Assembly (NCBI GenBank): GCA_963810275.1
Contig: CAWENF010000006.1
Location: forward strand, 1-13,200
Direction: 5' to 3'
Source of the DNA: an uncultured archaeon
GTDB taxonomy: Archaea; Thermoproteota; Bathyarchaeia; Bathyarchaeales; Bathycorpusculaceae
Length of the DNA stretch: 13,200 bases
The translations under genes were made by a program, and so were the position numbers. Positions 1 through 7,303 of the stretch are shown piece after piece (the stretch's first letter is position 1; every line of letters begins with the position of its first letter). The notes under the pieces were generated by a model. That model searched no databases. It was not told the origin of the DNA and saw nothing but the letters and a program-made list of their open reading frames with translations.

Positions 1-60
1 CGCATTCTGGGTAATGTCATCTAGTTTTGTGTAAGGTTTTGCTGCTTTAGTTGCATAGTG

Positions 61-79
61 TTATAAGTTAACGTTAACT
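61..79 (+). promoter_or_regulatory. TATA-like box (TTATAAG, 61-67) overlapped by a perfect 14-bp palindrome AGTTAACGTTAACT (66-79)
   Basis: TATA-like element about 27-33 nt upstream of the TTG at 94. Palindrome read directly from the sequence. Confidence 0.5.
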
Positions 80-93
80 ATATTTTTTTTGGG

Positions 94-456
94 TTGGCTT
101 TATGGCAAAAAACTAAAAAAGATATTCTAATAGCGGGTCGTACTGTTGATGAAGTTTATAGTTTTGTTCGGGATTGGTTTAATCAGAATAAAATAGGTGT
201 CATCGAGCACACTATTAACTACATCAAGGGACGCTGGGGAACTGGCTTTTTAACTGCTCCAAAATATTTTCAGGCAACTTTAACTGAAACAGCTGGTGGT
301 GTACTTGCTCAGACAGAAGGTTGGATATCGGTTTATGGTATATCTGATCAAGATTTTTCGCCAAAAGCTATTGGTGGAGGCCTGCCCCGTCGTGAGGGAT
401 GGAGAACTATGGAACGGCTTTGGAGTGCTCTGGAAGGTTTCTCGAAACCATTGTAA
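94..456 (+). CDS. Hypothetical soluble protein, 120 aa, alpha/beta pattern
   Basis: Open frame with protein-like composition, TATA box at leaderless spacing, T-run after the stop. No family recognised. Confidence 0.75.
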   Translation: MALWQKTKKDILIAGRTVDEVYSFVRDWFNQNKIGVIEHTINYIKGRWGTGFLTAPKYFQATLTETAGGVLAQTEGWISVYGISDQDFSPKAIGGGLPRREGWRTMERLWSALEGFSKPL

Positions 457-565
457 TATTTTTCAGTGTGTGTGAGCATCCAAATTTACCAACATATTTG
501 TTATTTTAAGAAACTGTTAGGATAAATGTGTGTGACACAGAGGGAAAAGCAAAGCTATGACTAAG

Positions 566-573
566 TATAAATA
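566..573 (+). promoter_or_regulatory. Archaeal TATA box (TATAAATA) for the gene at 603
   Basis: Consensus TATA about 30-37 nt upstream of ATG 603, with no SD, consistent with a leaderless or short-leader mRNA. Confidence 0.55.
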
Positions 574-602
574 TAGATAATAATTACTAGTCAAATACAA
601 AA

Positions 603-1106
603 ATGGCTCTTTTAAGAAGTAAAGAATTCTTGGCTGCAACAGCAATTATCATAATTACGATTCTTCTGATGATTGCCGATAATCTTCGTTTGATTCATTT
701 TGGATTTTTTGTCGGTCCTTTCCGCGCCAATCACTGGTTTGTATGGATTGGAACCTTATACATCGCAGTATCTGTGCCAATAATAGCTTACTTCAAAAGG
801 CACAAACCAAAAAAGTACTTGACTCTATTTAGAGTTCACGTTTTTGGCAACTTGTTGGCTTTTCTGCTTGTCTCCCTTCATTTTGCAGGGCAAATAAGCA
901 GACCAGCAACAGCCTATCCCGAATTAGGAACCGGACTAGCATTATACATTATCATGATTTTGCTTGTTGCAACAGGTTTTACGCATAGATTCCAGTTACT
1001 TCCTCAGATAAAATCTACAACAAGACGGTTCATTCACATAGCATTAAGTTTTTCGTTTTATATAATAATAGGCATCCATATTTTACATGGATTAGGACTA
1101 CTGTAA
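603..1106 (+). CDS. Ferric-reductase-like / cytochrome b-type transmembrane protein (putative di-haem b)
   Basis: About five hydrophobic helices. Two helices each carry a His pair 14 residues apart (H79/H93 in RVHVFGNLLAFLLVSLH; H145/H159 in FIHIALSFSFYIIIGIH), the pattern of bis-His di-haem membrane cytochromes b. Confidence 0.7.
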   Translation: MALLRSKEFLAATAIIIITILLMIADNLRLIHFGFFVGPFRANHWFVWIGTLYIAVSVPIIAYFKRHKPKKYLTLFRVHVFGNLLAFLLVSLHFAGQISRPATAYPELGTGLALYIIMILLVATGFTHRFQLLPQIKSTTRRFIHIALSFSFYIIIGIHILHGLGLL

Positions 1107-1251
1107 GATCATATAGTGTGTGGGCTTAAATTTTGTCTTGTGTCTACTGGTTTCTGATGTTATAAGTCACGATAAGGAAATATTGAATGTATTCTTAAAA
1201 AAAATAGTTTTCAATAAAAGGGGTTTAGTTGCGGAATATGGGTTGGTTTGT

Positions 1252-1542
1252 TTAACGCCATGCCCAGCATGGACCATACCCATATCCGTAGCCGCCTTGG
1301 TATGGTGCGGGAGCTGGCTGGTTAACAGCGGCTGGGGGCGCTACGTATTGGTCTTGTGCAGTGTTGTAGCCAAAGCAGTTTCCTATCCAGCCCCAGAAGC
1401 CGTTGTTTTGGGCTTGGGTGTTTGGGGTGGTGTTTGTGTAGTATTGGTTTTGGGCTACTTGTGCTGCTGCTGCGACTCCAACCACAGCTAGTGCTAATGC
1501 CGCTATGGCGGCTATTGCGATTATGATTTTTGTGGTTGTCAT
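1252..1542 (-). CDS. Small secreted or membrane-anchored Gly/Tyr/Gln/Pro-rich protein, 96 aa
   Basis: GGTGA SD upstream, N-terminal signal peptide (MTTTKIIIAIAAIAALALAVVGVAAAA), low-complexity body with GFWGWIGNCFG and GGYGYGYGPCWAWR, T-tract downstream on the minus strand (A-run 1197-1204). Confidence 0.8.
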   Translation of the reverse strand: MTTTKIIIAIAAIAALALAVVGVAAAAQVAQNQYYTNTTPNTQAQNNGFWGWIGNCFGYNTAQDQYVAPPAAVNQPAPAPYQGGYGYGYGPCWAWR

Positions 1543-1551
1543 TCTTTCATC

Positions 1552-1569
1552 ACCATATTATAATATGGT
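1552..1569. promoter_or_regulatory. Perfect 18-bp palindrome ACCATATTATAATATGGT, candidate operator
   Basis: Exact inverted repeat 10 nt upstream of the minus-strand start at 1542, within the divergent intergenic region. Confidence 0.6.
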
Positions 1570-1727
1570 AATGGTTTCTTATAGGTGTTTAGGTCAAAAA
1601 ACCAAAAATACACCATCAAAAGTCCATAAAACAAAGGAAATTCGATAATCAGCCGCAAACTGCAGTTAAGATAATAAGCTAACTTATTGGAAGCAAACTT
1701 AAATTTCATAACACAATAGATTTTTCT

Positions 1728-2453
1728 GTGAAACAAAACCAAGTAATTACCCTATTTACTGCTGCAACCTCAATTACGCTACTACTCATAGTCGGAACTT
1801 ACCTGCTACTGAATTCAACCACTACCCAAATGATGGATATGACATCAACCACCACCGACAACAGCGCCATCGCTCTTATTCTAATTTCTGCAGCAATCAT
1901 CATCTCAATAGCTCTGGTTTTGTATTTCTCATTCTCCAAAAAAAAGAAATCTCCAATACCTGAAAAAGACGAAGGGAACATCAGTTGCCCTGCAAACACA
2001 CAACCTATTGAGGAAAAATCCGCTCCAACAGAAATGAAACCTTTTGATGTCTTTTTGTGCTACAAGAAGAGTTCGGGAAAAGATTTTGCCGATCATTTAA
2101 AGACCGGTTTAGAAGAAGTTGGGTTTCACACATTCCAAGATTGCAAAGATATACCCCGAACGGTTAATACTCAAGAAGGCTGGGCTAATTTCCGCGATAA
2201 AGCATTAGAACAAAGCAAATATTTTGTCCTCATAATGACCCCCGGATTCCACTTGTCCTCTGAAGTAGTTAAAGAAATTGGACTAGCTAGAAAGCAACCC
2301 AGTAAAAAATTCATATTTTTTAGGCTTCGAGGGATGAAAAGAAACATTACAATAGATTTAGGAACTGAAATTTTAGATATAGGAAAGTTAGAGCAGGTGT
2401 CTTTTGAGTCCAAAGAGGAATTACTAAGACTTGCCCTAAATATTCTATCTTGA
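1728..2453 (+). CDS. Membrane-anchored TIR-domain protein (2 N-terminal TM helices, C-terminal TIR)
   Basis: TM segments at about aa 6-28 and 47-69 followed by KKKK. TIR signatures: FDVFLCY (box 1), DFADHLKTGLEEVGFHTFQD, ALEQSKYFVLIMTPGF, and SSEVVKEI with the catalytic-position Glu (E183). Confidence 0.85.
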   Translation: MKQNQVITLFTAATSITLLLIVGTYLLLNSTTTQMMDMTSTTTDNSAIALILISAAIIISIALVLYFSFSKKKKSPIPEKDEGNISCPANTQPIEEKSAPTEMKPFDVFLCYKKSSGKDFADHLKTGLEEVGFHTFQDCKDIPRTVNTQEGWANFRDKALEQSKYFVLIMTPGFHLSSEVVKEIGLARKQPSKKFIFFRLRGMKRNITIDLGTEILDIGKLEQVSFESKEELLRLALNILS

Positions 2454-2484
2454 GATCGGCTTGCTTTGAGTTTGCTTAATTTAA

Positions 2485-3939
2485 TTATTCTCTTGGAATC
2501 ACTGCTAAAAATGGTTCAGGCTCCATGTCAGCGGTGGCATAAACCGCAAGTGCTATGCTCCAGAAAACGTCGTCATGGGTACCCGTCGGATGATAAAAGC
2601 CCACGTTGCCGTCTCTTCGCAGTTCATAGCGTTCAACGTTTAGTTCATTGCAGATTTCGCCATGGTAAGGTCGCTCCCAACTCAGCAATGGATAGAAGAA
2701 TTGTTTTGAGAGCATACGCTGCTTTAGCAACCCAGCCATTTCGCTTTTTCTGGGTACACTAAAGTTTACGCCCTCAGCGTTATCTATGTCAGCAGCTTGC
2801 ATGTCAGCGATGAAGCTGGGGCCTTCTCTTGTGAAGTCTACCCGTATTTTTTCAAAGCCGCCCCAGCGGTCCTGTAGCGCTTTTATGTAGCCTAAAACGT
2901 TGGCGTAGACGGTGGGTTGCTGGAATATTTTGATGTGTCTCAGAAGCAGCCGGTCATTTAGGCGTTCTATTACTGAGAAAACAGTGAAATCTCGGGTTTG
3001 GGCTAGATCCAACCCAGCGAAGAATTCTCCTTCTTTTTCAGTTTCGAAGTCGTATATGCGTAGTTGTTGGTTGCAGTTGGCAGCTGTGCCGATGCAGGAA
3101 GCGATTAGGCTTTGGGGCAGCCAGACATCGTCGTCTTCGGCCCAGTCCGCCTCCATTTCTCTTCGCCATCGTGAGAGGTCGTCGCCCATCTGGGTTTTGA
3201 TTCGCTGGATTATGTTTGGTTTGAGTGGACCGGCTGGACTTAGAGCTTTCTGTACTGGTACATAGCTGGTTTTGAAGTCGGCGTAGTCTTTGTGGTTGAA
3301 AATCTTGAAAAATACGCTGTCTGTGTGCCATGGGGTGCTGCTGCAGACGAATTTGCCATCGGTGGTGCCCAACGTATAGAGGATGGCATCATAGAGTTCC
3401 TGGTCGTTAGCTACGAAGTTAAACTCGTCCGCATAGACCACGTGCAATGTAGGGCCTCGGATTGTGTCGGGGTTGTTTGGGTAGGCTTCAATACTGCTGC
3501 CGTTCGTGAATAGGATTTGGGTTCGTTGTGGTTTTAGGGCGTTGTCTGGTGGGAGTTTGTGTGTTAAGGTGGCTATTTGGCTTAAGATGCGTTTTGTTTG
3601 TCGCCATGATGGTCCCACTATGCCTATGGCGCTGTTCGGGTGTGTTGTAGCGTACCATAGTAGCAGTGCGCTTATGATGTAGGTTTTTCCGCTTTGCCGG
3701 CACCATCTGGCTGCGGTGAACTGGTTGTTTTGGAAAAGGTTTGCGAATTCTTTTTGGTAGCTGTATGGTTCGAAACCCATGACTTCTTTAAAGAAGTCGT
3801 TTGGGTTTGTGGAGAGCTCTTTTGTTCGTTGATTAATCTTTTGCTTAAGGTTGTTGTCAGATTGCTGGAGATTACGCCACCGTTCCAGAAGCTGGTTGGG
3901 GCGCATCGTTCTTGCTTCCTTCTTTAAGTAGTTTGGCAT
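2485..3939 (-). CDS. terL: Terminase large subunit (TerL; ATPase plus RNase H-like nuclease). Start may be the ATG at 3906
   Basis: PYSYQ Q-motif, Walker A RQSGKT, IRG, Walker B VVYADEF, coupling motif STP, RREMEADW linker, and nuclease acidic residues in AGLDLA, RDFTV, RVDFT and HDDVFWSIAL. Reading frame intact. Confidence 0.9.
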   Translation of the reverse strand: MPNYLKKEARTMRPNQLLERWRNLQQSDNNLKQKINQRTKELSTNPNDFFKEVMGFEPYSYQKEFANLFQNNQFTAARWCRQSGKTYIISALLLWYATTHPNSAIGIVGPSWRQTKRILSQIATLTHKLPPDNALKPQRTQILFTNGSSIEAYPNNPDTIRGPTLHVVYADEFNFVANDQELYDAILYTLGTTDGKFVCSSTPWHTDSVFFKIFNHKDYADFKTSYVPVQKALSPAGPLKPNIIQRIKTQMGDDLSRWRREMEADWAEDDDVWLPQSLIASCIGTAANCNQQLRIYDFETEKEGEFFAGLDLAQTRDFTVFSVIERLNDRLLLRHIKIFQQPTVYANVLGYIKALQDRWGGFEKIRVDFTREGPSFIADMQAADIDNAEGVNFSVPRKSEMAGLLKQRMLSKQFFYPLLSWERPYHGEICNELNVERYELRRDGNVGFYHPTGTHDDVFWSIALAVYATADMEPEPFLAVIPRE

Positions 3940-4327
3940 TTTGCTCCTCCATGTCTCTTAATTTTGCTTCGATTCCGCAATAATTGACAAAATCCGCTAA
4001 GTGATCTTTGTAAGTTTTAGCAATGTTTGCTATAACTTGGAGTCGCTGAACTTCGAGTTTGTCTAGACCTGGTTTAGTGGCGCTTTTGAGTGCTCCGGCA
4101 AGCATTCGCAAAGTTTCTTCGGGACTGGGAATGTCGTTGGGTAGGGGGATTGTTGTGTCAATGTAGCCTTTGGTTTGGACTCTTAAGCCTAGGCGTTGAC
4201 ATTTTAGTATTATTGCGCCGGGGGTTTTTTGGGTTATTTCGGCGATTTCTTGAAGGTTTTTGTTTGCTTCCACTAGGTTTTTTAGTTCTGTTTCTTGTTG
4301 AGGTGACCATTGTTTGCCTTTTGTCAT
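3872..4327 (-). CDS. HTH (Myb/GcrA-like) plus helical/coiled-coil protein; candidate terminase small subunit
   Basis: N-terminal WSPQQETELKNL...EIAEITQKTPGAIILKCQRLGL HTH pattern and a helical C-terminal half. Lies directly upstream of and overlaps terL. The TerS role is inferred from position and architecture. Confidence 0.65.
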   Translation of the reverse strand: MTKGKQWSPQQETELKNLVEANKNLQEIAEITQKTPGAIILKCQRLGLRVQTKGYIDTTIPLPNDIPSPEETLRMLAGALKSATKPGLDKLEVQRLQVIANIAKTYKDHLADFVNYCGIEAKLRDMEEQNAKLLKEGSKNDAPQPASGTVA

Positions 4328-4350
4328 ATGTGTATTGCTTGTAGCTACGC

Positions 4351-4358
4351 TTATATAA
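4351..4358 (-). promoter_or_regulatory. TATA box (TTATATAA) for the HTH-terL unit, leaderless spacing
   Basis: Palindromic TATA 24-31 nt upstream of the ATG at 4327, in an 87-bp divergent intergenic region. Confidence 0.6.
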
Positions 4359-4414
4359 CAATTAATGTTAATATTTGACTGTGCATAAACATTTACTGTT
4401 AGCGGTGTTAGGAT

Positions 4415-4858
4415 ATGCTTGGCAATTCAATGAGAAAATATGTTATGAGTGAAAAGAAGAACGGCTACAGTAAAGCCGTGCAAGCCGTCTACAATAACCG
4501 AATCAAAAACTATGCAAAACAAGCCATCCAAGACTTAGCATTACTAGCAGAAAAATTGCCTGAAGACCAACAAGCTGACATCTTTAATTGTGAAAACATG
4601 AAGCCATTATTCAAAGCCATCCTAAAACCCAGCATAGAAGAAATCACACAACTTACCCAAAACAAAGAATCGGCAAAAAAGAAAACAAACCGCTTACGTC
4701 CCCTCACCTACCAGATAATAACCCTACTAAACAACTCAGACTTATCACGGTTAATTGCACCCATTGGAACAAGATACATGGTCAGAGAAGGCGGACAGTT
4801 AGCGCATTTAAAGGCGATCTATTATCGCAGCCTAGACGGCCAAGACGATGAAGAATAG
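4415..4858 (+). CDS. Hypothetical helical protein, 147 aa, divergent from the terminase unit
   Basis: Long open frame with amphipathic helices (YNNRIKNYAKQAIQDLALLAEKLPEDQQADIF) and an acidic C-terminus, followed by a T-tract. Confidence 0.8.
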   Translation: MLGNSMRKYVMSEKKNGYSKAVQAVYNNRIKNYAKQAIQDLALLAEKLPEDQQADIFNCENMKPLFKAILKPSIEEITQLTQNKESAKKKTNRLRPLTYQIITLLNNSDLSRLIAPIGTRYMVREGGQLAHLKAIYYRSLDGQDDEE

Positions 4859-4914
4859 CGCAATGGGCGCTGCTTCGCTTAATCTTAAACAATTAAATTC
4901 CGAATAGGCTGTTA

Positions 4915-4928
4915 TTGCTTTCTTTTTT
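4915..4928 (+). terminator. Oligo-T archaeal-type terminator candidate
   Basis: TTGCTTTCTTTTTT about 60 nt after the stop at 4858. Confidence 0.4.
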
Positions 4929-5021
4929 AATATTCAAACATTTACCTGATTTGTAGAGTTACAACCATTGATACCATAATGCCACTCAAGACAAGGAAGT
5001 GGTTGGTATACCCATATGTGG

Positions 5022-5049
5022 GAAAGGGTTTGCTTCAACAAACCTTTTC
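5022..5049. other. Stem-loop with 11-bp stem (one G-U) and 6-nt loop between convergent genes
   Basis: GAAAGGGTTTG-CTTCAA-CAAACCTTTTC read directly. Confidence 0.55.
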
Positions 5050-5102
5050 GGATTCAAGTGGGTCACATGCAGGCAAATCATTTTGATGGATACTTACCAT
5101 AA

Positions 5103-5849
5103 TCAAGGCTCTTTAATCTCTACAGAAGAATTCTCATCAAAAGGATTAATTCTTAATGCTAAAGAGAATAAATAAGGATAATCTCTTTTTAGGTCTCTAA
5201 TATAATCCAACCACTGCAAAATAAGAAGATTATAGACTCTTTTTATGTCATCAGACAAGTGTTTGTAGTCAGACTCAGGCAACAACGAGAAATCATGCCT
5301 ATTATCTAATTCATCAGTCAAATGTAAGATAGCCAAAAGCAAATTTGTAAAAGACTCATGTTCAACTAAATGTGGGTTCTCCAATAATATTAATAAGAAA
5401 TGTCTTTTGCTTTTCAAAAAAGTTCTAACTTCGCCAAGGTCATATCTCTTACTATCTATGATGCCACTAAAATGGAGATTTTGCTTTAAAATTAAAAAAT
5501 CTTTAGTGGACCATTCCCTTTTTACTATAAAGTTCTTTCTGAATTCGTCCACATTAGAATCAAATTTTAAGCATATATTCAACAAGTCAGTACCCACTTC
5601 GCTAAAAAAAGTGTCAATTACTATGTTAAGTTTCTTCAGAACGGATTGTTTCTCCCTGTATACAAGCAAGCGGTTTAAAACCAGTGTCACAATCATGACA
5701 TCTATGAAAAGAAAGGCTATATCACCTATCAAATAGATGAAAATATGGTGCAGATCGCGAAACACTATGTAATGAAATACATAAAAGAACACTGAAAGAG
5801 TCACTAAAATTAGCGCAAGAATTATTTGCCAATTATGAGCTCTTTTCAT
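5103..5849 (-). CDS. Hypothetical membrane protein (2 N-terminal TM helices plus helical soluble domain), 248 aa
   Basis: GGAGA SD upstream, two TM segments, motifs KKLNIVIDTFFSEVG, LLENPHLVEHESFT, LHLTDEL and YPYLFSLALRINPF. Resembles an uncharacterised family recalled from methanogens and anaerobic bacteria. Confidence 0.85.
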   Translation of the reverse strand: MKRAHNWQIILALILVTLSVFFYVFHYIVFRDLHHIFIYLIGDIAFLFIDVMIVTLVLNRLLVYREKQSVLKKLNIVIDTFFSEVGTDLLNICLKFDSNVDEFRKNFIVKREWSTKDFLILKQNLHFSGIIDSKRYDLGEVRTFLKSKRHFLLILLENPHLVEHESFTNLLLAILHLTDELDNRHDFSLLPESDYKHLSDDIKRVYNLLILQWLDYIRDLKRDYPYLFSLALRINPFDENSSVEIKEP

Positions 5850-6227
5850 TTTCAGTCTCCAATATCCTTCTAAAGTTTAACTTATAAATTTAGAGCATAA
5901 AGTCTTTAGCGTCCTCTAAAGTGCATGGAAATATTGGCCATGCAAAGACTGATAGGTTGTTATCAGTCCGTGTGAATTTCGAAGCTTGTGAAGCAGAATT
6001 ATTATTGGCACTAACTTGGCTGTAAATCTTTTTATCAAGAAATTGCTTAATCCAATAACAGGCAAAAACTTGGAATCTTTTGAATTTGCTCTGGTCATCA
6101 TAATGATTCACATCTTATATGAGCGAGTTATATCGAAGCCTCAAGAGAGTGTCCTTTTAAATCTCTATTTAATTCTGGCAGCAGCATAAAATCGTCGCTA
6201 CTCACACTTTCTTAATGTATTGAAAGA

Positions 6228-6431
6228 TTAATTGCCAGTTTTTTCATTTGTTACTTTCTTTATGTTTTCCCACATTTCTTCGTAGGTTCGGTCGCTAGTT
6301 GAATCAGGGAAAAGCTTCTTGTAAGCTAGATTGATGATGGCTGCCGTTGTCATGAGCTCAATAAATGACTCTATTGTTAGTCCTTCAGTTGCATTAGCCA
6401 ATACCTCAATGTACTGCTCTTCTTCACTCAA
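6228..6431 (-). CDS. Small acidic hypothetical protein, 67 aa
   Basis: TTG start preceded by a GAGGT SD-like motif, protein-like helical composition. Short, with no family recognised. Confidence 0.55.
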   Translation of the reverse strand: MSEEEQYIEVLANATEGLTIESFIELMTTAAIINLAYKKLFPDSTSDRTYEEMWENIKKVTNEKTGN

Positions 6432-6700
6432 AGCTTGAACCTCTAACGCTTTCTTGTGGTTTTTACGCTTAAGTGCTTTGCGGGTAGCCCATATGTGCCA
6501 TCTATAAACTTTTTCCGTTCTTTGCCCTAAGAAAGCCCAAATTATTTCTCAATGCGTTTATACAGAGAATGATGAATGTTTGGGTTAGGCTTTAGAACAT
6601 CAGCATTTTTTTGGTATATGTTATTTCTTTTGACATAGAGTTGAAGTCTTTGCTTTCGATATATTATTAAATGCAAACGTCAACTATTCAATTGGTGATT

Positions 6701-6991
6701 ATGTTGATTAGTTTTGAATCAATGATAGGTAAACAAGTTATTGGAAAAGGCGGCTTTATTATTGGAGAAGTTAAGGGTGCAATTATTGATACCAGTTCTT
6801 GGCAGGTACCCACGCTAAATGTAAAGTTATCCGATAATGCTGCAACTGAACTTGGTTTCAAAAAGAGATTTCGCAGTTCCGTTGTTTGCATACCAACAAA
6901 AATGGTTCAAGCCGTAGGTGATGTCATAACAATTGTGCCTCCTCTAAAAGAACTCGCAGAAAGCGAAGAAGTAACTGAATGCAAAACATAA
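6701..6991 (+). CDS. PRC-barrel domain protein (start re-placed at ATG 6701)
   Basis: GGTGA SD at 6694-6698. PRC pattern MIGKQVIGKGGFIIGEVKGAIIDTSSWQV...VCIPTKMVQAVGDVITI. Pyrimidine/T-rich tract after the stop. Confidence 0.85.
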   Translation: MLISFESMIGKQVIGKGGFIIGEVKGAIIDTSSWQVPTLNVKLSDNAATELGFKKRFRSSVVCIPTKMVQAVGDVITIVPPLKELAESEEVTECKT

Positions 6992-7078
6992 AGTTGCTTC
7001 TCTTTTATTATTCCTCTTCTTGATTATCAAATATCTTTTGGCTACAATTAAAGGAACAGAGTTTTTTTATGAAAGTAC

Positions 7079-7096
7079 AGGGGGACTTGACCCCCT
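7079..7096. other. GC-rich hairpin AGGGGG-ACTTGA-CCCCCT in AT-rich intergenic DNA
   Basis: Perfect 6-bp stem with 6-nt loop. Confidence 0.5.
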
Positions 7097-7303
7097 TAAA
7101 GTGGATATATCACCCGAATTTCTTATTTTTCTTTAACAAAGAACAGGAACGAAAGATCTTTTTAGCAATATTAACCTACGAGAACAAATATGAACCAGCC
7201 CCAAGATTTTCGCTGCGTAACTCTTCTTGATTTTACTTTAGCAAAACGTCAAACAATGTTTAAATAGATTTTTAAAGGAAAATTATGATAACTGGCGCTA
7301 ACT

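Noticed and set aside
1-20. Possible start of a minus-strand gene (MTLPRM...) running off the window
   Set aside because: Too little sequence to support.
1120-1491. 123-aa plus-strand ORF with CCCC
   Set aside because: Antisense shadow of the 1252-1542 gene. The Cys run mirrors its Ala codons, and there are no expression signals.
1539-1742. 67-aa minus-strand ORF
   Set aside because: Spans the divergent promoter region and has no protein-like features.
2466-4361. Several alternate-frame and antisense ORFs inside terL and its partner
   Set aside because: Overlap well-supported genes and show no motifs.
2485-4858. Calling the region a prophage
   Set aside because: No portal, capsid, tail, integrase or att site is visible.
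2478-4899. AATTTAATT (2478-2486) / AATTAAATT (4891-4899) inverted match and a shared GCTTAAT flanking the terminase cassette
   Set aside because: Short and almost purely A/T, so expected by chance. Not acceptable as att sites or terminal repeats.
5890-6111. Two overlapping short minus-strand ORFs (73 and 61 aa)
   Set aside because: No SD or recognisable motif, and neither frame is favoured.
6671-6700. Upstream ATG for the PRC-barrel gene, and naming it cdpB
   Set aside because: The SD supports ATG 6701. PRC-barrel paralogues cannot be assigned to cell division from sequence alone.
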